DNA of 64,000 bases, from contig NC_134030.1 in assembly GCF_964204645.1 (NCBI RefSeq), positions 5,870,778-5,934,777 of the forward strand, read 5' to 3'. The notes under the pieces are model-generated. The model did no database searches, was not told where the DNA came from, and saw only the letters and a list, made by a program, of their open reading frames with translations. Positions 1 through 11,124 of this stretch are shown in pieces (position 1 is the stretch's first letter; every line of letters starts with the position of its first letter). The stretch is from Tubulanus polymorphus (Eukaryota; Animalia; Nemertea). The position numbers were made by a program, and so were the translations under genes.

Positions 1-108
1 TGAGGTATGTACCCCAAAAATTAAGCAAAATATCCAAGAAAAACAGGTCTCATCCATTAATAAATAGACATTAGGCCCAGGAAAGTATGTCAGGAAATGG
101 GTTTTTAC

Positions 109-650
109 CTCATCGTCAGATTCATTATGCGGAACAGTAAAACAGTTTGTAACTTCCACGGATCCTTTATCATAGGTACCTGCAACAAATTAATTCAGCC
201 ATAGTTAGTTAATCCCAGCCAAAAGTCTATCCTGATTCCTATACACTTACAGCTTTTTTGAAAAGACGTTGTCGTTGGGCGCCATTATTACTCAATTAAG
301 GATTAAGTAGGAAATACCTAGCTGTTAGTGTTAGGTCACTAAATGATTGGCTTAATATGACCCCTGCCCAAACCACAGTGACACTAAATGTGTACAGATT
401 GAGTCATGACATACCATGGCATACGTCAAAATAAAATTGTATTTTAATTGCATTGAAAACCCGTCGTGCCCATCTGGAAGTGAATTAAATGGTATCGCGC
501 GCGACCGATCATAAACTTGAGTTACTAGAACGATTAAATACCTAACAAAGTTCCTATTACGCGTCGGGCATCTTCGTTCCGTCGCTCGAATGAGTCTACA
601 ATACTGAATAAAACCACGGGATGAACCCGGCACACCAGGGAGGACGCCAT
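109..650 (-). CDS. EIF3F: Eukaryotic translation initiation factor 3 subunit F (MPN domain), first two exons; gene continues off the left edge
   Basis: Exon 1 650-542 encodes [36 protein letters not shown]. Exon 2 179-109 encodes [28 protein letters not shown] boundaries, phase 1 join. Closely matches the remembered eIF3F N-terminal MPN motif (HPVILASIVDSYERRNE...RVIGTLLG...VEVTNCFSVPHNES). Not in the ORF track. Confidence 0.93.
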
Positions 651-1215
651 GTTTGTTCCAGAGAATCGAGCGAGACGTAATCTCCGGGGAATTCAATTTC
701 TAGAGCCCAGTTCGTTTGTTTCACAGAAAACCCCCAAAAATATAGATTTAGAGGGAAATATGAAAAGAAAATTTTGAGGCGTTATGATGTGACCCCAACT
801 CCGGACTAAAACGCGAAATTGTAGAGAGTACGGGCTCCCGCCGAATATCTCCGATGATTGCCGAATGTGCTTGGATTGATAATCTCCACTTGGCTATGGT
901 TCTAAGCACAAGGTTAACTCATTCGGTACATTGGGAGACTAAAACACGAAAGTCTCGGAGAGTATGACTTTCCCGAACGTCTCCGACGATTGCCGAACAT
1001 TTGAGTGGACGCGAACCTAATTCGGTGTGAATCACAAAGGGACCGCCGTCTCTCAACCTATTGCCGATAGACTATCGCCTTGATGTTGCGGATTACAGTG
1101 CGAGAACATCGTACAAATCATCAGGAAGCGATTACGCAACGACTGCATGGCGTTAACTAATTAATTTCCGCGAATCGGCGGAAAATAATTGATCGGATTT
1201 TATGCATTATTCAAA
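651..1215. promoter_or_regulatory. Putative bidirectional promoter between eIF3F and the POU2 gene
   Basis: 565 bp between divergent ATGs (650 on -, 1216 on +). CpG-rich relative to flanks. Both starts lie in an AAMATGGCG (YY1-like) context. Confidence 0.6.
804..996 (+). repeat. Imperfect ~60 bp direct repeat (two copies, ~804-865 and ~938-996) inside the divergent promoter
   Basis: Both copies read gactaaaac(g/a)cgaaa ... gagagta ... ccgaa(ta/cg)tctccga(t/c)gattgccgaa. Confidence 0.75.
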
Positions 1216-4200
1216 ATGGCGTCGTCGAATCCGGCTACGTCCTCAAATGAAAAGACAGGTAATATAAATATAAAGGAATTTTTACATATTCATATAAATA
1301 CCTTTGCATAATGTATGTTATAATGTTATAGACTATGTACTATGTCGTGATTTGTTTTGATAAGTGTTAATCTCTGCTGAATCAAGTTTTGCGAGGAAAG
1401 ATTAACAATTTTAGTAGATTGGAAATTGAAGCATGCATATTGCAAATGCAATGGCCAATAATGCACCATCTCTTCCCGCCCATGACAAGGCGACACTAGA
1501 CAGTGGCTGGTGTTAACTATTAGTTTACTCAAGCATGATTTAATTGTAAAAAAGAGCAATTGTTGTGCCGTGGCCCAATTGTGTTGTCTTGTAACTACCT
1601 GGTTGCCCTGAAAGTCATTTTCACTCTGCGGGCTGGCTAGAAATAAAAATGCATTCAGCTGCCTTTATTATGCTGCGCTACTGTCTACTGGACCTGTGGT
1701 TCTACGCTTCCCTATTCTGAAGTGTGAATTATCCTCGATGCATTGAACCTTTATTTCTCTTGTCATATACATTGCTATATTTTAATATTGGTAACTGTTT
1801 TGTTGGGGGTTTATTAAAAAAGTGAAAGTATGTAATTTCGTGCTAGCAATAGCTCTTACCTGTACTCTTTTGATTTTGGATTTCTTCTTTCTTTTTTCTT
1901 AAGTTCTTTCACTATTTAAACTACCACTCGCCCCTTCCACTTTTTTCATTGTTCCAAGTTCAATTGCAGTGAATTCCAATATAGTATCCTAACAACTATT
2001 GAACTTTAGTGATTTTAGTTTAAAAGATTTTCATTTAGTAATAATAGTACTATTAGTTAACATAAAGATTACGGCTAATTGCCAGAATAAGGTAATTAAT
2101 GTTAATGATTCCTTTATAACCAAATAGTTGAAATCAATTGTAGTTTTTTCTAAACTTATTTATCAATAAAAAGGGGAATTGGTTCAATTTTTCTCGAAAT
2201 CCGCTTATTTTTCCAGCGTTATTAGATGTTTCCCGGAACTGCTACTTATTTTATAAATGACGTTATAAAGTTCCAGTCCTGAATCATCAGCCGTGCTACT
2301 GCTGTATTTTATAGTTTTTTTATATTCGATGCAGACGTCGTCTATATATACTGACTGGTCTGTGTAACTGATATTTATTCATGAAGCTCGATTTGCTTGC
2401 AAATGAGCCAGCCTTATATAGACGGGCGTACATGCGCCGTGCATTATTGTTGAATGCAAATCAAGCCGCGCTTCGGCTATGAATAGTGTGCATATCATGA
2501 ATACTGTATAATGGTGTGGTTGTTTAGTAGTGGCTCGAGACGAGATCCATTCGAACGCGAATCGATAATTCCTGGCGACTTGGCAGGTGGTGACACCGTT
2601 GCCGCAGTCTCCGCAGCGTTTCTGACTTTTTTTAAACCAATGAATCAGACAAAAACATCGTTTCGAACTAGCAGGTTTGATCGCCATTTATTATGTCGCG
2701 TATGCACGATTTGGCAGATGTGCAGTATTTAAAACAGGCTGCGCAAAAACGGGATGTCATTTCCAACCGCAAGCTTAATGATAAAAAAAATGAAGAAAGC
2801 CGTCAATTCCCACTGAGAAATAAAGCTTCAATATTGTAGGATTAGTATCAAATAGGAAGGTTGTATAGCCTTTCTATTTCAATCTATCAATTGAAATTCC
2901 ATCTAATCTTTGAACGAAGTTGAAGAAATTACTTTGTGCTGTTTCAAAAATTGTAATGATTAATTTGTAAAAAAAATTTCCATAGTAAGCGATAGTGTTA
3001 ATTAGTGTCACTCTGAGAGTGACACTAATTTACACTATCGTTTTCAGAGTCCGCCTATACTGTTGTTTCTACACAGACTTATGATGAAGCTAATATTAGT
3101 AGTGAAGGCATGTGCGTCTAATAAACACGTTAACCTAATAAAGTACTATCCATCGTCTCAATGTATTCATAGTAAACTAATAAGTTGATCGTATTTCAGG
3201 GATTGGTAATCAGGCTGCTATCGTTTCCAGTAAAAATCAACCACAAGCGCAATTTATTCCTTTAAATCTTGTAAGTAAAAAAATCAATGTCACCTAATGG
3301 TTGTATTTGACTTATATCTCTATAGAGAATGGAGTTAATTGACGATTTTATTTTCTTTTTGAACAGGTGGCCCAAGCACCCGGAGTTGGTACGGCCCAAA
3401 CAACTTTAGCCCAGCCGGCTTTCGCGCAACCGCAGGTTCTGTTCACCGGAATACAACCGGGTCTGATCGTTCAAAATCAGTTCGGTCAACAGGTAAATAT
3501 CACTTCATCATGGCAGACGTTAAAAAAATTACCGCTTTCCAAGCATTAGTAAAGCAGGTCTCCAGGAGTGGTCAAATAGTGGTCTAGGAATATTCTACTA
3601 TTTTCTATCGTTTTCGGTGCCTCAATCTACTATGCAAACAATAACATTTCCGATTCTGGAGTGGTTTACACCCTAACGAATATAACTAACGTCACGTATG
3701 ATTATTATCAAAATCACGATATTTCATGGAAGTTTAGTTTTATGAATTCGTATCTCGTTATCCGAAGAATTTACGCATTTTGGAACTCGATCAAAATGTG
3801 AATTGAAGATTCGAGAATTAAAAGATTTGGTGTCATTGAACGCAAGACTAGTCTTTCATGAACTGCTCTCTTAGTAACATTGATTAGATTTACGAGCACG
3901 TGTACACTGAATAATGGAACAATAGGCTACAATTGAATCCATTGCTTCAATCGCTATCTGAACCTAAATAAGAGGAGTAATCCATGAAAATGTATTTTTT
4001 TTCGAGTTTATTTGTCATGCGAATTGATTTCGTCTTGAATATTGTATAAGCATGAGCATGCTGCCAATTGAGTCTTATGATCATTTTTTTCAATCGAGTA
4101 TTTCGAATGTATCTCGATTCATTTTTAATCGTTTAAAAAAAGAAAGAAGGATATCGCTGCATTGTTAAATGTATTGAAACTTACTAAATGCACGACACTT

Positions 4201-7200
4201 ATTGCACACGTTTGATAATAAAAGGTTGCTGGCTACAGCGTCCCGTACAAGCAACAGTCGCCTGGCATTGATAATAATACCGTGAGTCGTCTCTAAACCT
4301 ATATTCGTTTACGTTAGCTTTACTTTCTTTCATCAACTTTATCGGGTTCATCTCGCGTCCCTCTGAAGGGTTCATATATTTCTAAACCGATGTTTCGTGA
4401 ATTCTGAGACGTCGGTTTAGAACGTTGATGATATTGTTTTAATCAATCTCAGTCACTTCTCTATTATCCTCATTATACTATGCTATGCACTCGGGTAAAA
4501 GCGCACTGGGGACACTGATTGTGTGGAGCCGGTTAAGGATTCAGTTACCTGTCATTTTGTTTGAAATGAATTTTGAAGAAAGCTTTGCCTGTAAGCACCG
4601 AAATGTTGGGTCAGAAAATTAAAATATTTTACGTCATGTTTTTTTTTTCCTTACCGTAATTTAAATTCAATATTGCCATTTATTCTTTTGATAATCCTTC
4701 TTTAAAATTGCATTAAATCAAGGAAAGGTGAAGGGTTTATGTTTTCTCTAGACCGCTTTCATTTATGAATACTATGCTTTTTACGTCACTAATCGCTTAT
4801 ATTTATGCTACACGTGTGCCCTGCTGTGTCTTGGGGAGTTTGAATAACTGGGCATGTCATCATTTTGACTCTATTGGGAAAGGAAATACTGATTCATTCT
4901 TAAGATTAGTATCCATTGAACCACTGAGCTGTTTTGTAAGTTTAAGGTAACAAATTTTTTTGCATCGAATTACAGGTGTCATTGGCAGGTTTGCAACTGA
5001 CGGCACAGGATCTTCAACATATAACGCAACAATTGCAGCAGCAACAACTTCAGTTGCAACTGCAACAGTTCCAGCAACAACAACAGCAGCAGCAACAACC
5101 GATATTGCAGCAGCAGCAGCAACAACAAACAACGGCCGCTCAGTCTCAACAACAGCAACAACAACATGTTATTACAACTGGTCAACAATCTACGACAACA
5201 TCTACTACTGTTCAACAACCTCATCAGCAGTTATTGATGGTATCAGCTCCTACACAGCAACCTATAGCTCCTGCTCCTACACCAGTGAGTACAGTCAACC
5301 ACCGATATACCGCCCACATCGGTGCAGAACAATTTTGGCGGTATAGAGAGTATGACGCCATATTGGGGGTGTTTTATTATGTATTTGTATAGAGATGTAC
5401 ATTGCGAAAACCTGGCGGTAGGCAGGGGTGGCAGTTTATGGGAGGGTGGTATATCGGGGGTTCACTGTATGTCCAAACTGGACGCATCTTCCCTTGACAG
5501 GGATTTAAACCTAATGGCATTATAAAAGCGCTGCTAGCTAATCGCATGATATCTTGCAGAAGTTGGTGTTTCTTTTTCCTGCTCGGACAAATCTTCATGA
5601 TCAAATTGTTTTTTACAGGTCAGTCAGCAGGGAATGACTGTAGCACCAGCTGGCAGTACGTTACAGCAGCAGTCACTAGCATCTAACGTACAAACCGGGG
5701 TACAACAAGGTCTGGTCGGCCAGTCACCTGTAGCAACCATTCAGCCACAGTTCGTATTGGTGAATTCTTCCGGCCAGTTACAAAACGTTGCAAACAGCGT
5801 TCAGCTGCAGCAGCCTCAACTTCTCATCCAAAATCAGGTAAATATTTCCATTTTACCTTGTAGTTTACCGTAAGGCATACCGTAATCAGATTTGTTCAAT
5901 CAACCAAATGTAAGTGTAGGCTGTTCATTTCAATGTGTTTTTGTTTGAATTAGGCTCAGTTGTTGCAGAATTTAGCCCAGCCACAGCAAGCACAGACAAT
6001 AGCAGCTCCTACATTGAACACGCAGCAGTCTATTAGCAGTGTAACACCGGCTATCACTTCACAACAGATAAATACATCGCAGTCACCTCTTCAGTTACCT
6101 CCCGTAAGTCACTCGAATTTTCTCTTGTTTGTCACGTTCATGTACCTTCGTCTCCTGAAGACCTGTACCTAATTTACGATTGCAGGAAGAGAATATCGAC
6201 CTCGAAGAGTTGGAACAATTTGCGAAAACTTTCAAGCGCCGCAGAATTGAATTAGGTGAGTTACGCGCCGAGCATACGGCCCACTGGAACTTAGTTTAAA
6301 CGTCCCTGAAGTGGTTGAGACATGAAATAGCTAAATTGTAGATCATGGGACACTGCTGGTGACAGGTCACATTGTAAGAAAACTGAACTGTTAACAATTG
6401 ATATTATAAGACTGGCCCTTTGTTTCTTGTCATCATGGCAACTGAGCACTGTTTTGCCAAGGCAACAGTTTTTAGCTGTTTCTCACAATGATCCATATTG
6501 TGAAAATGTTAATGGGAAAAATCCAGGTTTAAATGAAAAAAAATGTGAAAAACTATAATGAAAATTTTACTGAAATGATGATAGTAGTCGAATAAGACAA
6601 TCCGTGAAAATTGATTGAAATAAAACCACAACTTTTCGACTATTGACTAACAGCCATCATAAGTTGGAATGACCAGAAACATAAGAAACAAAACATGATA
6701 ACTCACAGGGGGTAAAAAACAGTTCAGCTATGTGTCGCAACTTGACAGTTATGTTGATAATTTCAGGTTTCACTCAAGGTGACGTGGGTCTCGCGATGGG
6801 TCGTCTCTATCACAATGACTTCAGTCAAACGACGATCAGTCGATTCGAGGCGTTGAATCTCAGCTTCAAAAACATGTGCAAACTCAAACCATTACTTCAT
6901 AAATGGCTCGAGGACGCCGACACGATGAGTCAGAATCCAGCTGACACGATGATCGGATCGTCAGCCGCTGGCACCGGACTCGGATCCGACGCAATCGGCC
7001 GGCGGCGGAAAAAACGCACGAGCATCGACGCGACGATACGCGTCGCGCTGGAGAAAGCGTTCCAACAGAACTCGAAACCGACGTCGGAGGAGATCACGAT
7101 GATCGCCGACGGTATTCACATGGAGAAAGAGGTCGTGCGCGTGTGGTTCTGCAACCGGCGTCAGAAACAAAAACGTATCAATCCGCCGGCGTCGTTGGCG

Positions 7201-7701
7201 TCCGATATCACGAACGTGATGCGTTTGATGTCACCGATCAGCGAGCAGCAGTCCGGTAACGACGTCGTTACGACGGCTAACACGACTACTGCCGCACTGC
7301 AGTCATCGTTAGCGACCGTAACGAATGCGTTATCGTTAGGTATGCCGCTGTTAACGACAGCGGCGGCCGTATCGGGCACTGATGCCTTGCGAACGGTCGT
7401 TCAAACTTCGGCGGCCATCTCGCCGGAGAATCTATCGATGGCGGCTGCGACTCCCAGTGCGTCGATGGCGCAGCAGCTGTCGATGGCGGCCGCGGCAGCA
7501 GCAGCCGCTGCGTCGAATCAGCAACAGGCTTCGTTGGATTCGTACCACGCGAACCCGCATTTAGCGTTGAACATGATGGCGGCGTCGACCGGAGACGCGG
7601 TTGAGACGAACTCGTCGCATCCCAGTCAGAGCTCGACTCCTCACAGTATGCCCGGTACGCCGACTTACAATGTACAGGAACTTCAAGATCATGCCGGATA
7701 A
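1216..7701 (+). CDS. POU2F1: Class II POU homeodomain transcription factor (POU2F1/Oct-1/nubbin-pdm-like)
   Basis: Exons 1216-1258, (3048-3107 optional), 3200-3270, 3367-3492, 4976-5284, 5619-5837, 5954-6103, 6186-6255, 6767-7701; all phase-consistent. Q-rich N-terminus. POU-specific domain [31 protein letters not shown]...[26 protein letters not shown]. Homeodomain RRRKKRTSI...RVALEKAF...[15 protein letters not shown]. The first exons are less certain than the POU exons; the symbol denotes class, not one-to-one orthology. Confidence 0.92.
2990..3040. repeat. Near-perfect palindrome/hairpin with 25-nt arms, directly upstream of a candidate splice acceptor
   Basis: cgatagtgttaattagtgtcactct-g-agagtgacactaatttacactatcg; 24 of 25 positions complementary. 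Confidence 0.9.
5027..5164 (+). repeat. CAA/CAG polyglutamine coding repeat in a POU2 exon
   Basis: Interrupted Q runs ([34 protein letters not shown]...QQQQQQ) in exon 4976-5284. Confidence 0.9.
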
Positions 7702-10700
7702 ACCGAGGAGCGTTTATTCGGTAAACCGGGTTGCTTTCATTTTAACGCATATTTCCATGCAGTATATTGTAAGTCGGATTGAAAATGTTTTCCACCGATG
7801 GTAACCACTGAACTAATGAGTGTGCTGTTAGTTACACTGTGCTGGTTGAGGCAGATTTCGATTGAATGTATGCTGGTTTAAGAATGTCAATGCTAGATTT
7901 CAAACTCTATTCCGCTTACTTCTACCTGGCTTATGCTATTCCGGTATAGGTAGAGCATATATTCTAGCCGGAAGTGTAGCCCAAAATTGGTCGACACCAA
8001 TCTAGACCTGCCTTAGATTTAGAACCAATCTTGGCCTGAGCTCTTCTATAGAATGTCTATAGCCCGCCTAACAAGGCGAGAGCAGTCTTGAGACTTCTCG
8101 CGACCGGGTCCTGGAGATAACCAGATCATTGTGAACACTTTTTCTTTCAAGACAAATGAAAACGTAATTCTTTCATTTGTGAAAAAAAGCAAACCATGTA
8201 ATATCCGATTTATAAAAAGGAACAAGAGTAGAAAATCATGCAAAGTAATATGAGATGAATCTGGGCTAGTTTAATAAGAGCATTTTATACCAGGGTTGCA
8301 TTTGATTTGATTGGAATTAAATTGTTTTTATATATCGCGTATTGGTAAAATTGATTCGCAGTCTTGAGTTAATGTTATTCCACGGACGTTCATCAAGTAT
8401 TAAAAAGCCAGCGCTTGTTTATAGTTTTGTAGAGTAATGTAAATGAATTTTGAATTGTATGTGTATATTTCTATCAGGGTATGATTACTGTTGAAATGTG
8501 CTAGCGCAGCCTGCAACCAACCCCCCCTTACCTTAAATTGTCCCTACAACATTGTCCAGATGTCCAGCTATTTGAAAGCTTGGTCATGGAATTGCTTTTA
8601 CGTCTTATTTTTGAATTTTAAATCCACTTCTGAGGGGGTCAGTCCAGGCTGTTGATTGATTTATTCCTGCATGGTCTAATCCAGCCATATATTTTGTTTG
8701 TGCTTTAAGACGCTATATACGTTTTGTTATGCGTGTCAAATTCACTCCTCATCAGAAACTGGTAATCATTCTCTATATGTGTGCATCTTACTCAGTATTT
8801 TCTCATCCCCAATCATGCATTCATTGTATTGTGCAATCGATAGGGGTATACACTGAACTTTTACCTATAATAACATGTCTATTACGATAGTTAGATTTAT
8901 CGTCGTAATCTTTATCCAGTGAATGCATTTACCATTGAAGGCGTAGAGCGAATCTATCCGCCATGACTCGTGTTTGACGCGTAGTGTAACTTTGTTCACA
9001 TTCCTGATGAGTGTCCTGTTCTTATTCATTGATTCAATTTCATTCACCAAAAAATGTGAAACGTGAGTCGCGTGTGAGCGTGCTTTGTTCTCGGCGCGGG
9101 CCAGATTTGACTCGAGACTGGTCCAGACCAGTTTGACCCGGTCAAATCGTCTCAATTGTGTGATTGCGGTTAATTTTTACTCGTCATTAGTTAGTTGGTC
9201 ATTGATTCTGTTTTCTATGTACAATATGCATGATGCAGTTCAAGTCCTCCTGATGCCAATTATAAAAAAAATGAAACATGGTACTGGTATTTCAGATGAA
9301 TATCCTGTCATGTATGTGTTGGCAATTGTGTGCACTGAATGGTGTTATGATATCCAACCGCGCTTAAACCGTATCGAAGATGCTTGTAAATTTTTTGTGT
9401 TGTTCGTCATTAATTTGTAAAGGAAATAAAAGCAAAAATTCTGTGCTGTGCAATGAAATTGCGGACTGATTCATCAAATAATCATTTAAGATACTTTTGT
9501 GCCATATAGCTGTGTGCGTTAAGGCCTGTCTATAGTGTGAATACAAGATTGTACCGTTTAATAAAAAGTGACATGAATTCGAGAAGGTTAAGATGAAGGA
9601 AAAAAGAATGAAAATCAGACCAATCGCACAGCATTGTAACTGTCTCAAAAACATATCAAATTCCACTAAAACAGTTTCCATAACAAGTATTTTGTATGAG
9701 ATTTGTGAAAGTGAGTTATTTTCTTACATGTCGGGGGTTGATTTGAACCAACTGTGATGCAGCGATGATGTAGAGTCATCAAGCCATTTTAAATCATGTT
9801 AATGTCATGATGAATTCAGTTTCTTTTAACCTAGATATAGGCTTTTTCCTCAAGCATAAATAGCAGGGGCGAGTTTGAAGTGAAAAATCTATGTAAAAAA
9901 AAAGAAATGTGAAATTTTATATAATTATGATTGCAGAAAATTTTGATCTTTACCGTGAGAAAAGTATACTCGAATTTAATTGTAGAAGAAATTGGAGCGC
10001 TGAAATCCATTGCCACTAGCGAACCTTGCAGAATCCTCGCTTGCCACAGTAGCAGCGTTGCCAGTATCCCATTCTATTATAAGCTTATGTTATCTAATTG
10101 ATTCATTAATTGTCTGATTGTAATAATGCTTGATTTATGGACTATGCACTATACAATGTGTGATTGAAATTAAAATCAGTCTTCCACAGTCTCATATTAT
10201 TCAGTTGGGACGTCTGCCCCCGAATTAGAGCATCCTGGCTATTTGATTAGTTTGTTACTGCTTCTATGATGATATATCGAACATTCATTGATTATTTTCT
10301 ATGGTATGGTATGAAAAATAAATATTTTTTATTTATAGAAAATCTACTTCTGTCGAGTACATGGTTTTATGTCGCTTTCTTACTTTCTTGGTTATCTCAG
10401 TAGATTCGTATGTGGATTACATGGAGAATTCATTTATCATACTATAACTGACGGAGGTTGCCTAAATGCCGGCATCAAATTTGGCATACATGTCGCACTT
10501 TTTCATTTTTCTGAGAGTTAGTATTTTGTACCTCAGTGACGCCGCTGCATAGTCAGCGATTTTGAATTCTACCCATTTATTTGCATGCGTATTTGCTAAT
10601 AGTCTTAGTAGTTAATCAAAACATGTTATTTGCTTTCATTGTTGTACTATCACGACTCATTATGCTGGAATTGAATTTTGAAGAAATTTAGGCCACTTTC

Positions 10701-11124
10701 AATGTTTTACAAAACATCGGTTAAAGTGAATTCTTAACAATGTTGCATAGCACACTAGAAGTTGAACACAATGGAATAATTTCTACATTCAATACAGCTT
10801 TTAACTGTACTGCATCACACAGTGATTCATTGGCGCTGCCAAATATTCACTCGTGATAACGCCAATATGTGCGCCAAACGTTAAATGAGATTTTCATCTG
10901 TGATTCTATTTTCTATATTGAGATGTTGGTGATCATCATCGATCCAAATTGCATAGTTTTTCGTAGTCCGGCCCGCAGCAATTGTTGTCAGGTTATGATT
11001 GTCTAGTGCTGCCGCTATAAATTACATAAGCGGTGCACATATGAACTAACTTGATGCTACAATATTCTTACTGTGGCGTGCGACTAATATGTTAGTTCGC
11101 GTATTCGCCGTCAACGATATGTAC

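Noticed and set aside
352-696. 114-aa minus ORF in the track
   Set aside because: Wrong frame over eIF3F exon 1; the real CDS starts at 650 and splices at 542.
4572-4610. Hammerhead-like ttgaagaa...ccgaaatgttgg (also 59111-59140 and 30992-31021)
   Set aside because: Core boxes or stems are too degenerate to support a call.
4860-5346. Poly-Ala/Val, poly-Thr and poly-Leu ORFs
   Set aside because: Alternative-frame and antisense readings of the POU2 polyQ exon.
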